Below, in pieces: positions 10,923-24,928 of a stretch of DNA of 64,000 nucleotides. How positions within the stretch are numbered: position 1 is the stretch's first letter; each line of letters starts with the position of its first letter. The translations under genes were made by a program, and so were the position numbers. The notes below the pieces were generated by a model. It did no database searches. It was not told where the DNA came from and saw nothing but the letters and a program-made list of their open reading frames with translations. Where the stretch lies: positions 102,362,001-102,426,000 of the forward strand of contig OZ024740.1 in the NCBI GenBank assembly GCA_964016885.1, read 5' to 3'. The stretch is from Eledone cirrhosa (taxonomy: Eukaryota).

Positions 10923-13782
10923 ATGTATATTTATGTATACGTGTGTATACATATATATATATATGTATACATGTGTATATATATATATATATGTATATGT
11001 GTGTGTGTGTGTATATATTACTATATATATATTACCTTAGTCATTTCATGCCACTACACACATACACATACACACACTGAATATCCATCCGTTAATCTCG
11101 TTCTCTCTGATCTAAGCATTTTATACCAGCATCATCATTAATAATTAATTTTATTTACACTGTGTAACCACAATTAATTGATTCCCTCCCTCTTTTCTCT
11201 CTCATTGTTTGTCTCTTCATACAAACACAAACACACATACACATAAATGAACACATACAGAAACAGACACACACACTAACATACACACACACACTAACAT
11301 ACACACACACACATGTACATACACACACACATGGAGGAATCTTTATCCCCAAGGATCCCATAAATATTAATCATCTGTTTTTTACATGATTTTGCTGAGG
11401 AAAGATAATCTGATAATTTCTCCTCCCTTTATCACTCTCTCTGTATCTCTCTCTCTCCCTCTATCTCTCTACCTCTCTACCTATCTCTATCTCTATCTAT
11501 TTTTCTATCTATTTATCTCCCTATCTCTATCTATCTATCTCTGTCTATCTATATATCTATTTTTCTATTTATCTATCTCTCTTGCTATCAACTAGTCCGT
11601 CTATTTTTCTGTTATATGTTACTTCATAACTGGCCAGTATATTTGAACAGATTCACACACACACACAAACGTACATATACAATAACATGCAAACTTTCAC
11701 ACACAAACACAAATAGAAGAGCATGTTTCTTATCCCTAAGGATCCATAAATATTAATCATATGTTCTCTACAAATTCTGCTGTAATAAGATCTCATAATT
11801 TCTCCATCCACCAACACTTCAACTCTATCTCCCCTCTTTCTCTCCACCCCACTCTCTCTCACACTCACTCACTTTTTCTCTTCACCTTTTTCTCCCTCTC
11901 CCAACTCTCACTTCATCTCTATCTATCTGTCTACCTCTTCTGTGTTACTTCATGACTGACCAGCATAAATGCAAACACACACCCAACAACAGAAACAAAT
12001 GCATACAGAAACACACAAACACGCACGCGCTCTTTATGTGATCATTCAATCTTCTAGAAATAGCTGCCAAATATCCCTCAGTTCATTCCCTATCGTTTTA
12101 GAAAAACTAAAAAAAATCATTGAATAATGCTTTGTATTTGAGGAAAATAAAACAGGCGGTTGAAATGGACTTCCATCGGTTTCAACCATGTGTGTTCTAT
12201 TTGTTCAATCAATGGCATAGTGCGTAAGTGGCTGAGCATTCCACACATATCGTAGAACAATTCCAACCATCTAACGAGGTGGACTGGGCACTTTATATCA
12301 TAGGACCAAACCAACCACCTAACAGAGTGTACTGAGTGCTTTTTAATCATGGTTACTAGCATGACCACCTAACAGGGTGGACTGAGTACCTTAACGTAAT
12401 TCTCGGGGAGATTTAATTGAACACAATGTGTGACAAGGCTGATCCTTTTAATTACAGGTACAGTCCATCCAACAGCCTTTCAAGCAATTTCAGTCGACTC
12501 AGTTTCACTCACAAGAATTGAATCGACTCAGGGCTATAGTGAATTGCACTTGTCTAAGATGCCACTGTGTAGGATGAAACCTGGGACCCAATGATTTTGA
12601 AGTGAACTTCTTAGCCATTCAGCTATGCTGCATCCATGTATGGGATGGTTATGGCTGGGATGTCTGATCATAGATCTGCTGCTCATTCAGGAAGAGGTGA
12701 TCATTATATAAATGGCTAAGATGCTAGTCTATCATATAGGATGTTGTAGGTGGACACTATGAGAAACCATTACCAGTTTTATAGAGATTACTGATTAGCT
12801 AATGCCCATGGGTTACAATAGTGGTGTTTTGCTCTGAATTTAAAAATTGAAAGACTGCTTTTAATAGGTATTTATTTATTCATGTGTCTGCATTTAGATA
12901 GTATTTTAAACATTTAGAGGGTTTGGAAGGGAGCAAACCTTAACAATTATTTAGCATTTTGAAGAGTTGCAGCAAAATATTTTGTTTCTCAACCAAACAC
13001 AGATGGCATCTCCTTGATCCACTAGAGCATATTACTGTGGTCTCAAAACCTCATTATGGGTATATTCACATTTCGTTTCTTCAGTTCCAGCTGTACAGAT
13101 AAAGACAGATAGAATTATTTTATCTCACTCTAAAAGAGTGACTATGCTGTATGTAACTACTTTTATATGGTTCTGTACAACACCTCTCTGGATATTTTAG
13201 TTATATACACTAGCACTTTTGTGAGGCATTTATTATTAAGAAGGCAGGATTTAATGTTGCAGAAATTTTATTCTGGTGTGTTATAGCTATCTTTTGCTTT
13301 ACAATGGGATATTCTCCAAGCAATTATTGCTAAAATTCTTATCAAATAGTTTACAATATTTACAACAGATAGGAAAATGTTTATTTTTTCTATCACAAAC
13401 AGGAAATTTCTTGCTGTATTAGATGCTCCCATTAGAAGGTAGAATTTCCTGTCAGAAAAAGCAAAATAAAATCCCCTATTAGCTATAAGTTTCATGTTTC
13501 TAGCAAATTCATATATGCAAGAAAAACAACCTGCCAGAAATAACAGCCAAATCTTTATTTAAACCCTTCTCTTTTGAAAAGGGATGGGCATACTGGATAA
13601 TATAATTCTAGATATGCAATGCCCAAAAGATAAGATAATTATGACTGGAAAGCTTTTGATCATAGGTCTGTTCAGTTAGGGTTGATCTGGGGCTAAACAA
13701 TAATAATAAAAACAAATTCAAAACTTACAGAATCATTAGAGTGTTAGGCAGAATGATTTGCATTATTTAGTATGGCTTCAAA

Positions 13783-13972
13783 GGGCGGTGGATTGGCAGT
13801 ATCGGTAGAGGGTCGGACGCCATGCTTTCCAGCATAGTTACGTCCCTTTACGATCTGAGTTCAAATCCCGCCGAGGTTGACTTTGCCTTTCATCCTTACG
13901 GGGTCGATAAAATAAAGTACCAGTAATGTACTGGGTAATTGCTGGCCTTGTGCCAATAGTAGAAATAATTAT
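13783..13972 (+). mobile_element. tRNA-derived SINE (Meta-domain-like core), young copy with 18-bp TSD
   Basis: ggcggtggattggcag head, gagttcaaatccc B box, gcctttcatccttacggggtcgataaaataaagtacc core; attatttagtatggcttc at 13762-13779 and 13968-13985. Confidence 0.88.
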
Positions 13973-14399
13973 TTAGTATGGCTTCTTATTTCTGAATTTA
14001 AATCCTGCTCAGGTTGACTTTCTGATTCATTTCTCTAGGAATTGATTAGATTAATTTGATCAGCCATAAATTGAGGCTGAGTTATTTCAATTATGCACCT
14101 CTCCTACACATGCCTTGTGTAACATTTAGAAATCATATCTACACTACCTTCCAACAAATTTTATGGAAGGTAAGCAAGAGTAGAGAAATTGGCATTGCGA
14201 AATAGGCCTACTGTGGTTAAGTTGGTATTTTGTCCATTACTTGATTGGTTTGGATTTATGTGTCCATAAATGGCCAGTGAATTAAATTCTGGCACAGATG
14301 TAGCAGCTGCATGTAAGGCACATAATTTCTATAGCTTCCATTGAGATGCTAGCTAAGTAGGCTTTGCAGAGCATGTTTGGTATTTGATATCTAATGCAT

Positions 14400-14900
14400 G
14401 TCTCTTATGAAAATTTCACATCTTTATGAATGAGAATATGCCACAGGAGCTAGTTTTGGGCAAGCTGATCTTAGGATTTTATGTCAATGCTCATGGCTTA
14501 CTCTATTACATTGAGGTTGGTCTTATATTTTTTCTGGCCACCAGCTGTTTTTTCCTCCCCATTGAGAAGCTGCAGATGTTTTTCAAGTAACTTATCTGTC
14601 AAATTTAGTTCTTTTCCAGCAAGGTTATATTCATTAGAGTACTTCCATGTCTGTGAGCATGTCTTGCAACTTAACACAAAAATCTACCAGGACATGTGAT
14701 GTGAATATGATTCAGCTGTTTGGTATATCATCTGTTGTAAACAAGCACTATATAACTATGTAACTATAGGCTAGAGTCAAACCCCGTGAGAAGATATTTG
14801 CCTTTGGTGTGTCAGGCTAATCTGGTGTTGTATGCAGGGTGTTCCAAATCGCTGAATGTGCCCCCCTCCTCTTTTGAGAATCCTTGTTATTTTATTGTTC
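14400..14900 (-). mobile_element. Old RTE C-terminal remnant
   Basis: Minus-strand fragments such as GGQKKYKTNL resemble an RTE ORF end; highly decayed. Confidence 0.4.
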
Positions 14901-15099
14901 TTTATTGCTATTGTTGATTCCACCATTTTACTCATTGTAAATCCTTCACCGTTTTTCTATTTCATCCTTGTACTATCTACATCTTGGGCCTTTGTGAGCA
15001 ATAAAAATCATCTTTATTATTATTGATTATAATGTTAGAAATAGTAGTAGCTGCAGTGGATTGTCAAAAGTGTTAGAGGCATAATACATACATGAAAGA

Positions 15100-16070
15100 G
15101 TAATTATTGCCAGCATGAATAGCAAGGGAGGACATTCTATCACCTTGAAATATTTCATGTCTAATTTTTTACATTTCCTAAGAATTTACCTCTTGCTATT
15201 ATTTGTGTGTTCCAACCAGACATTGTTTGTTTCACTAAATTGGCCATATCATCAGCACAACCAAAACTGTTCCTCACCTTCAAAATCCAGCTATCTGGTA
15301 TCATATCGTATACTTTTTATGATCTATCCATGCAACAGCCAAGTTTGTTAGTCTCCTTTTGCAATTCTTTATTACCATCTTGTCAATGAGTAGTTGATCT
15401 TTTGTACCAATACTACCTTTCTGACAACCTTTTTGCTATAGTAGTAACAAATCTTGCACAATGGTTATATCATTCTTCCATCAAAATGGCAGTTAAAAGC
15501 TTCCATATTAATGACAGGCATGTAACAGGCCTAACGTTTGATACAAATGATCCTTTTTTCCTTGTCTTTAACCAATAATAGAGTTCTACCAGTTGCCATC
15601 CATTTTGGTAGTTTCCCTTCTTAAATACAGACATTAAGTTGATCTGTCATTCTATCATGAAAGGAAGTCATGTTTTTATCCAGTACCCTTGCACTCTGTC
15701 TGTCCCAGCTCCCTTCCACTTAGGTATCTTACTGACCTTCTCCTTTATGTTATCAATTGTCACTAAGATGTTTTCTTATTACTGTTTTGTGTCAGAATTT
15801 CTACATCCTTTAACCATAACACTTCTCCATTGTGTATCCCAAATTATCCATAGTATCCCAAATATCACTCTAAAATTTTTTGCTTTCGTCTGCATTTTGG
15901 TTAATATCATTCTTGCTCTTTCCCTCAATTTCAGCAAACAATCTATTTTGTCTGTATTATTTGATTCGTGCATTGTATCTCTGAAATTTAGCTGCAGTTG
16001 CCACACAACATTGTTTCAATCCTTCACGTATTATTGTTATTATTATTATTTTTATTGCATGTCATCACTG
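15100..16070 (-). mobile_element. R4/Dong-like non-LTR element, RT-region remnant
   Basis: Minus-strand fragments [49 protein letters not shown]. Confidence 0.7.
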
Positions 16071-16098
16071 CATTGCCTAATTATCATTATCATCATCA

Positions 16099-16129
<31 letters not shown>

Positions 16130-16831
16130 TATTATTGCATTCTGAATTCAAATCCTGCTGAAGTCAATTTTGTCTTTCATCCTTCCAAAGAGGGGTGGGG
16201 TGGGGTTTAATAAAATAAAGCAATAGACCAGTACTGTAGTTGATTGAATCTGTTTTCATGTATGGCCTTGTGTTTGTGTTAGAAATCAGAGGTAGTGGCA
16301 GCAGCAGCAGTAGTTGTGGAAGTAGTAGTGGTAGTGATTGCGGTGGTGGTGGTAGTGAGGTAGCAATACAACTATTTGCATTCTTGCTATTGTATAACAT
16401 TTATCGTTTAATGCTCTTAGAGAAGAAGATAATTCAAACATTTAATGATATTGACTGAAAGATTTAAGAGCTAGGTGATATTCAAAGCCTTTGTAAGTGT
16501 TTTCAACCCTCTTTGAAAGTCATGTACAATTTTCAAAGCCTTACTATTGGCATTATCTACTAAGGCAAGGCATACATTAGTCTTTAAAAGCAAAATTTAA
16601 AAAATATAGTATCCCACATGCCTGCTATGTTGGTTTGCTACTATTAATTTCGGAACATAGAAGCAAATTAATAAGACTAAATAAAATTATAAGGTATCAA
16701 TTAATCATATTTAAAAGTAGTCATGTATGTGTGTGTATTTCTACAGTGTGCTTATGTGCATATATGTGTGTGCATTTATGTATACATATGTGTGTTTATG
16801 TGCATAAACGTGTGTGTGTGTTTCTGTGTGT

Positions 16832-17169
16832 ATCATCATCATCATCATTTTACGTCCGCTTTTCCCTGCTTGCAAGGGTTGGACAAGAACTGATTCTGGC
16901 TTGATTTCTACAGCTGGATGCCCTTCCTAACACCAACCTCATTTACAGTGTGGGCTGGGTGCTTTTTTGCCGCGGCACCTCCACGACCACTTTGCAGTGG
17001 AATGATATGGACCCCAGTCCTATCATTTCATTTCTACAGCTGAGTAAACTGGAGCAATGTGAAATAAAATGTCTTGCTCAAGGAAACAACACATCACCCG
17101 GTCTGAGAATTGAACTCACAACCTTTTGATTGCAAGCCTAATGCTCTAACCACTAAGCCATGTGCCTCC
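16832..17169 (-). mobile_element. Full-length tRNA-derived CORE-like SINE with RTE-derived tail
   Basis: Minus strand: A box tggcttagtgg, B box gagttcaattc, core ccttgagcaagac...actcagctg, tail ggttggtgttaggaagggcatccagc...(gat)n shared with the RTE 3' UTR. Confidence 0.85.
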
Positions 17170-17941
17170 ATATGTATATGTGTGCTTATGTATATGTGTG
17201 CTTATGTGCATACACGTGTATATGTGTGCTTATGTGCATACAAGTGTGTATGTTTCTGTGTATTACCTGCTTGCATGTTTGTGTACCAGTATATAATATG
17301 TATGATGGTGAGTAATGTAATGTGATGTGATGTGTATGTATGTTTTTCTGAATAGGTTGTATGTGTGCATGTTTATACATTTATGTGCACCTGTATAGAT
17401 ATGTTTCCCTGTCTATGAATATATATATATATGTATGTGCATGTGTAAATGCATGACTGTGTATATGTATGAGTGCATGCATGAATGTGTGTGTGCTTAT
17501 GTGAGTGTGTAGTATGTATATTAGAGATGAGAATGTGGTAGCTGTGGTAAGAGAGAATAAAAGATATAAAAGCACAGTATGCCATGGCTATCCTATTGAA
17601 CTATATTGCACACACAGTGATAGTATATATCAGGTTCTCTTCACTATATTATTCATCTATTTCCTTATTCTTATTCATCAGTTTTACCCTACAACTTCTA
17701 CTATAACTATTGGTTTTATTCTAGTAGACCTATTGTCATTGCTTGCTTTCAGTGTTTGATGGAATGCAGCTCTGTGTGTACCTTAGGTACATGCAGCATT
17801 TTTCTTTCTTCTTTCCCATTTTTTTTCTTTTAGTTTCTCTGTGCAGGTTTTTTTATAATGTGAGTAACTCTTTGTAATATATGTGATTAGTGCTTAGAAG
17901 TGTTATTTTCTCTATGTAGCGTATGTCCTAAGGTTTAAGGT

Positions 17942-18052
<111 letters not shown>

Positions 18053-18289
18053 TATATATATATATCATCAACATATATTTGTCTGTATCCCTATTTATCA
18101 TTCCTAAGGCACCTATTATTACAAGGATTGTATTTATTGTCAAACTGGATATCTTGTATAAATTTACTTCTAGCACTTTAGGATTTCAATTCCATTGTGG
18201 CAAATATAGAAATTGCTTAATGTCAGCTCTGCATGGCTAATAAAGAAACCATTATTATTGTTGTTGTTGTTGTTGTTGTTGTTGTTTTG

Positions 18290-19590
18290 TGTCATCACAG
18301 CATTGCTGAGCACAGCGCTGTGTGCCTTGTGTATGTGCAGAATGGTTTTTGGTGGTGTTGTTTCTATTATATTGAAAGTACTCTTTGTAATATGAGTGTG
18401 GTGCCTAGTAGTGCTGTTTTTTGTATGCTGTATATCTTTGTGAATCTTGTAGTTTTGGTTAAGTAACTTTCTGTCTGTTTTAGTAATGGGTTTTTTTTTT
18501 AGTCCTGGGGTTTTTATCCTTCCTAGAGCATCTATTATTATAGGTATTGTTTCTGTTTTTCATCATCCACATTAGGGTTATTTCTATCTATAGATCTTTA
18601 TATTTGGATAGTTTCTTCATTTCCTTGATAGAAATATTGTCATCTGTGGGTATTGATACATCAATTAGAAGACATTTTTTCTTTATGGTCTTTGACTCTG
18701 TCTGGTCGGTTGGCTTTAATCTCCCTGTCTGTGCATATTGGCATATCCCAGAGAATGGTTATATTGTCATATTCTGACACCTTTTCTGGTATGTGTCTGC
18801 ACCATTTTTTTTTCTGTTGGTATTTCATAAGTTCGCATAACTTCCAGTGTATGTAACTCCAAACCCCATCCAACAACTAGTGGGCCAGAGATAATGTGGT
18901 TAATTGTTTCTTCCTCACTGCCATATATTCTGCTGTTACTGTGTTTTGCTTATGAACTTCTGGTGGTTTCTGGTGGGGAGACTTTGATCTTGTGCTGCAA
19001 TTAGAAATCCTTCTGTTTTGGGTTTTAGTCCTATGTTACATTGCCAGCTTTGTGAGTTTTGCTTGTTTACGTCCTCTCTAGTCAGCTTTTTAGGGTGTTG
19101 GCCATGTAAGGGTTTTCCTTGCCATCGTTTTAGCAGGGTATTATAGAGGTCTGTTTTCAAATTAGATTTTATGTTTTTCACAATTTTTGCTGCTGTTTCT
19201 TTTATATTTTCATTTTCCTCACAACTATCTGTTAATCTTGATTTCGTTTTGAATTTGTTGACTTCCTTGAAGACAAAAAAACACTTTTTTTTATTTTGTC
19301 CATGTTTCATGGAATTTTGTATTATATTTTTGTATTATATTTTTGTTTTCTTCATAAGATGTTTTTGTAGTCCTACAGTAGTTATTTTAGTTGCATAGGA
19401 CCTTTTTCTCCTTGTGTTCATGGTAGATATAATCTTTCTAGATCAGATTTTGGATGGAATATTCTAAAAGCAGTCATTATTTTTCTTTTAGTTTCCAGTT
19501 CAGAATATTTAAACTGTAGCTTATTACTGGGATCATTAGAGTATTATGTCAGTTACCTTATTCTTTGCATTTAGCTCTGTTTTAAGTAGT
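18290..19590 (-). mobile_element. R4/Dong-like retroelement 3' portion (decayed)
   Basis: WQGKPLHGQH, TEGFLIAAQDQSLPTRN, ILWDMPICTDREIKANRPD, IQKTALLGT; 3' end abuts a (CAA)n/(TAA)n tract. Confidence 0.8.
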
Positions 19591-19599
19591 GATAGAAGT

Positions 19600-19772
19600 A
19601 ATAATAATTGTCTCTACTTTTGGCACAAGGCCAGCAATTATCCCAGTGTATATTTTATCAACCCCGTAAGGAAAGTTAACCTCGGCAGGATTTGAACTAG
19701 GACCACAAAGGGCCATAACTCTTTGCTGCAAAGCATGGTGTCAGACCCTCTACCAATACTGCCAATCCACCA
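19600..19772 (-). mobile_element. Meta-domain-like SINE copy
   Basis: Reverse complement of the 13783 SINE with small deletions. Confidence 0.8.
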
Positions 19773-21199
19773 CATTCTGCTTCTTTCCCATATCTTGCTA
19801 AGTGTCAACCTGACACCTAAGGCAAAATTTTGTAATACATATAATTTAACAATCAATTGGTATACACATGATTCCATATGGGTATGGATAAAACAGCAAA
19901 TGTCTTTACAAGGTATTTAAAATGATAATGGCCTTCTCAGGACATAAACAGTGCCAGTCAGCACTATTTTCGGTATCTTTGGCAGAGATGACTTTCCAGG
20001 TATCTGGTCAAAATATTTTTTTATCTCTTTTTTATCATTTCCAGGCGATGTTATGATCGGATAGAAGGCTCATGTCAACCAAGCAGCATTATCATATGAG
20101 GCAGTGGATTGGCAGTATCGATAAAGTGTTAGACAACATGCTTTATGGCATAGTTATGCCCCTTTATGCCAAATCCTGCCGAAGTTAGCTTTGCCTTTCA
20201 TCCTTATGGGATCAGTAAAATAAAGTACTAGTAATGTCCACATTTTAAGAATTTGTTGTTATTGCATTTGCTATTAAGACTCACAGCTCCACAGGTTTTG
20301 CCAGCCTCCTTAGGAGTTCTATCTCATTGGAGTTTTCTTAGTTGTTTTAATAACAAGGGGCATGGCCCTATAATATCACCATTTTTCTGGTGACAAGAGA
20401 TGGTATTTGAACTCAGAGCCAGAAAAGATAGCGTAAGACATCCTGTCCAACACTCTAATAATTCAACCAATCCACTGCCTTGAACTTGTACTTTATTTTA
20501 TCAACCCTGAAAAGATTAAAGACAAGGCTGATCTATGTGGGATTTAAACTCTGAGCCAAGAGATCTAGAACAGATACCCCAAAGCATTTAATTTGATGCT
20601 CAAAAAACTGCCAATTCACAGTTGCTAAACTTTTTAGGATGGTAGGATGGTAGAGTGTGATTTGTGTGAGATTTCCAACATTACGTTATTATATGAATTT
20701 ACCATTTATGAGATAATCTAATATTGTAAGTAACTATATTATACTTTTGTTGGCTGGAGTGACAATTTTGCCAGCCTAGTGTAATACACAAGACATCTAT
20801 TTGGAAAACCGCTATTTGGATAACAAGACATTTCAACATAATTCCAAGTTAAGATATAAATACATTAGCAAGTGTATCCAGCTGTTAACACCTTGCTTGG
20901 TAGTAATGTCTCTCTATGAATATATTAAGAGAAAAATCCTTGTGTTAACAAGGTAAGCTAAACTAAAATGAAAAATATCTATGTGCAGTGACAATGTCAG
21001 GAATATAGTATGTGTGTAAATGTACATGTGAGTGTATACATGTGTGTATGTGTGAGTATATATGTATAATATATATATATCATATATTATATAATATATA
21101 TATATATATATCATCATCATCACCATTAGCGTCCATATATATGTGTGTGTGTGTGTATATATATGTATATATAAATGTAATATAATATATATAATATGC

Positions 21200-21356
21200 A
21201 TGGACACTGGAAGACCAAGGTTAACATATGTTGATGCCCTAAGGACAGACACTGTTCTGTTGGAGACGCAGGACATAGCAGCGATAATGAAGGACAGAGA
21301 CCGCTGGAGAGAACTCGTCCATGGATCTCAGGAATTTTACCCATCCTAGATAGATA
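21200..21356 (+). mobile_element. 3' end of a different RTE-like family with an (AGAT)n tail
   Basis: GRPRLTYVDAL...MKDRDRWRELV followed by a stop and tagatagat. Confidence 0.6.
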
Positions 21357-21364
21357 TATATATA

Positions 21365-24300
21365 TTCAGAGTTGGTATACTTCAATGTTGGTATACTTCA
21401 GAGTTGGTACCACTTCAGAGTTGGTACCATGAATGTAGGTACCTTAAAAGGTCGCTCTAACGAGGTTGTAGAGATGCTTGAATGTAGGGAGGTTGATGTT
21501 TGCTGTATTCAAGAGACTAGGTGGAGGGGTGGGTCTGCTAGATTCATTGTGGGAAAAAAACGATGCTATAAGCTTTTCTGGGTGGGAAATGACAATGGGC
21601 TGGGTGGAGTAGGAATGATGCTAGCAGAAAAATGGGTAGATAAGATAATAGATGTAAATAGAGTGAACGACAGAATAATTAAAATAAGACTTGTCCTCAA
21701 TAGAACTACTGTGAGAATAATATCTGTGTATGCACCCCAACCCGGACTGCCTGGCATTATAAAAGACAGATTCTATGAGTCGTTAATGCTCATTACCTCC
21801 CAAATAACCGACAGTAACTATATAATTATTGCTGGCGACCTAAATGGTCATGTTGGACAACACTGTGTCGGCTATGATGGAATCCATGGAGGCTATGGGT
21901 TTAGTACTAGAAATGAGGAAGGCTCCAGAATCCTGGAATTCTGTGACACAAATAACCTAACTATCTGTAACACAAACTTCAAAAAATGAGACAATCACTT
22001 GATCACCTATAGATCAGGGGAACACGCCAGTCAGATAGATTATATCCTTACCAGAAGACGAGACAGGGTGTCTGTTGTAAACACTAAATCCCTCCCCCAT
22101 GAAGAATGCACCTCTCAACATAGCCTCATAGTTAGCGACCTCATAGTCAGGACGAGACGTATTCGACAACAGAGAAGGACTATCCTCAGGAGAAAAATAT
22201 GAAAGTTAAAGGACCCCACAGCCAGTAATAAATTTAAAAGCATATTACTTGATGCTTTTGACAGTAAGGAAGAGCAATTTGAGTCGTACAATATAGAGGA
22301 ACAGTGGGAATTCCTGAAAGTTAACCTGCTGAAGGCGACAGATGAAATCTGTGGCTGGAACAGATCTATAGGCAGGAGGAGAGTAACTTGGTGGTGGAAC
22401 AGTAAGGTGGAGGAGTCGATCAAGGCCAAAAAGCATGCTTGGGAAGTATGGCGGGATGGGGGAAGTAGAGAAGACTATCAAGTGGCCAGGAGGGAAGCTA
22501 GGAGACAGGTGTACTTTGCAAGAAGGGAAGCAGAGGAAAGAAAGTTCAAGCATGTTCTACAACGCGAGGACCAAAAAAGTGAGGTGTTCAGGATTGCTAG
22601 GCAATGTGTCAAGGAAAACCGTGATATTGTCGGGGAGAAGTGTGTCCATAATGATAATGGTGTACTTGCCATCACTGATGCTGATAAGAAGGTAGCTTGG
22701 AAGTGTCACTACAAAAAGCTACTAAATGAGGAGAATAAATGGGAGAAAGACAGCTTCCCCCACATAGATCCAATAGAGGGACCAGCAGTGCAATTTGAAG
22801 GTAGTATAATAAGTAAGGAAATCAAAGATATGAAGACGGGTAAGGCGGCTGGGACTTCGGAAATAGTTGCTGAAATGCTGAAAGCATCTGGAACGGTGGG
22901 ACACACTATGGTCACCCGGAGAGTAAATCAAGTTATACAGAATGGGGTCGTACCAAAGGACTGGCGTAGCAGTATCATCATTAACTGCTACAAGGGTAAA
23001 GGAGACGCCCTAGATAGGGGAAACTATAGAGGCATTAAATTAATTGACCAGGTCATGAAGGTCACAGAAAAAGTAATAGCGCAACTAATCAGAGAGCGAC
23101 TTGATCTAGATGAAATGCAGTTCGGGTTTGTGTCAGGTAAAAGTACCACAGGCGCTCTTTTCATTGTACGACACCTACAGGAGAAGTACCTTGCTAAAAG
23201 TAAACCCCTATATTTAGCTTTTGTAGACCTGGAGAAAGCCTTTGACAGAGTCTCCCGCTCCATTATCTGGTGGGCTCTTAAAAAATTAGGTGTAGATGAA
23301 TGGCTTGTGAGAGCTATACAAGCCATGTATAAAGAAACAGTCAGCAAGGTTAGAATTAACAGCGAATATAGAGTTTAGCGTAAAAGTTGGTGTTCATCAG
23401 GGCTCCGTCCTTAGCCCTTTCCTATTTATTATCGCCCTCCAAGCTATAACGGAGGAGTTCAAGACCGGCTGCCCATGGGAACTTATATACGCAGATGATC
23501 TAACGCTCATAGCCGAATCAATGGCTGAACTAGAGAAGAAATTCCAAACATGGAAGCATGGCCTAAAATTAAAAGGCCTTAAAGTTAACTTGTCTAAGAC
23601 TAAAGTCCTAATATGTAGGAAGGAGAATAGGGCACTGGTCCCATCCGGGAAATGGCCATGTTCAGTGTGTAGGAAAGGAGTAGGCAGAAACTCGATTTTA
23701 TGTGCCAAATGCAAACTATGGGTGCATAAAAATGTAGTGGGATCACAGGTAAGCTAACTAAGAATATAGATTTTATATGTGGCCAGTGCTCTGGTGAAAT
23801 AAGTAGCAGCAAGTGCCCACAGAATACTAGCTCATTCCATTGCCCAGATGGTTCTATAGAAATAGTGGACACCTTCCGTTACCTGGGTGACAAAATCAGC
23901 AGTGGTGGAGGGTGCTCTGAAAGTTCTGTAGCTAGAGTCCGAACGGGATGGAAAAAGTTCAGAGAGCTTATACCACTATTGGCCGCGAAAGGTTTCTCTC
24001 TAAAAATAAAAGGCAGGCTGTAACAGCGATGTTATATGGCAGTGAGACACGGACCTTGTGTGCAGAGGATCTACGCAGACTGGAGAGGAACGAAGCCTGC
24101 ATGCTCCGTTGGATGTGTAATAGTAATATACGCGAACGGCAAAGCATAAATGAACTAAGTGAGAAATTAGGAATAAGAGGGATCAGATGCTGTTTACTCG
24201 AGAGAAGACTACATCGGTATGGTCACGTGATGCGCATGAAATATACAGCTGTATAAAAAAGTGCAGGGCGATCAAAATAGACGATAGCTACAGAGTAGGC

Positions 24301-24816
24301 AAACCCAGAAAAACCTGGGACGACTTAATAAAATCCGACCTCACACACTTACAACTCTCCAAGACAATGTCACTGGACCGAGATCTTTGGTGCTACGTAG
24401 TAATACAGAAGACCCGCCTTGCCTAAGTACAAAAACGAAACCTACAGTCACTAGGCACCTCTTAACCAAAATACACCCCCGTCCCATTAACCCTACCCAC
24501 ACCGCCATCTACACCACCCCTTTCGATGTAAAGCTATGTTGGTACCACAACATCCAGTCCTAAACAAACGAGATCGTGTAGGTGTCATGACAAAAAAACA
24601 CACAGTCCACGCTGCAATGTGGCCGTGTAGGTAACACGGTAAAAACCTCCCAGTCCACACTGTAAACGTGGTTGGTGTTAGGAAGGGCATCCAGCCATAG
24701 AAAACCCGCCAGACAGTCCTGAACAAGACAACCAATCTTGCCTCAAGTGGGACAATTCCCGTCCATACCCATGCTAGCGTGGAAAATGGAAGTTAAACGA
24801 TGATGATGATGATGAT
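21365..24816 (+). mobile_element. RTE LINE copy 3, near-complete EN-RT-PHD ORF with stops and frameshifts
   Basis: ORF pieces 21372, 21999, 22407, 23521, 23948 and 24187 cover the APE (CIQET, AGDLNGH, QIDYIL), RT and PHD regions; (GAT)n tail. Confidence 0.92.
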
Positions 24817-24817
24817 A

Positions 24818-24886
24818 TTGGGTCGTCAAGTATGAACTTTGTAGAAATTTGTTGTTTTTCTACAAATTTCATACGTGACAACCCAA
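24818..24886. mobile_element. 69-bp mariner-type MITE (hairpin) with TA TSD
   Basis: ta-ttgggtcgtcaagtatgaactttgtagaaa...tttctacaaatttcatacgtgacaacccaa-ta; ~30-bp TIRs with 3 mismatches. Confidence 0.75.
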
Positions 24887-24890
24887 TATA

Positions 24891-24928
<38 letters not shown>

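Noticed and set aside
11100-11960. ~390-bp degenerate tandem duplication
   Set aside because: Mostly microsatellite with a short shared core; no functional signal
12260-12395. Three spaced ~28-bp repeats resembling a CRISPR array (also 10381-10560)
   Set aside because: Eukaryotic context, degenerate units derived from SINE/RTE tails or an LTR, and no cas genes
13783-13875. SINE heads as functional tRNA genes
   Set aside because: A/B boxes are present but the heads continue into SINE cores with TSDs and lack a clean cloverleaf
20900-20960. AAG/gtaagc donor as the missing upstream Kirrel exon
   Set aside because: No Ig-like reading frame or convincing acceptor upstream
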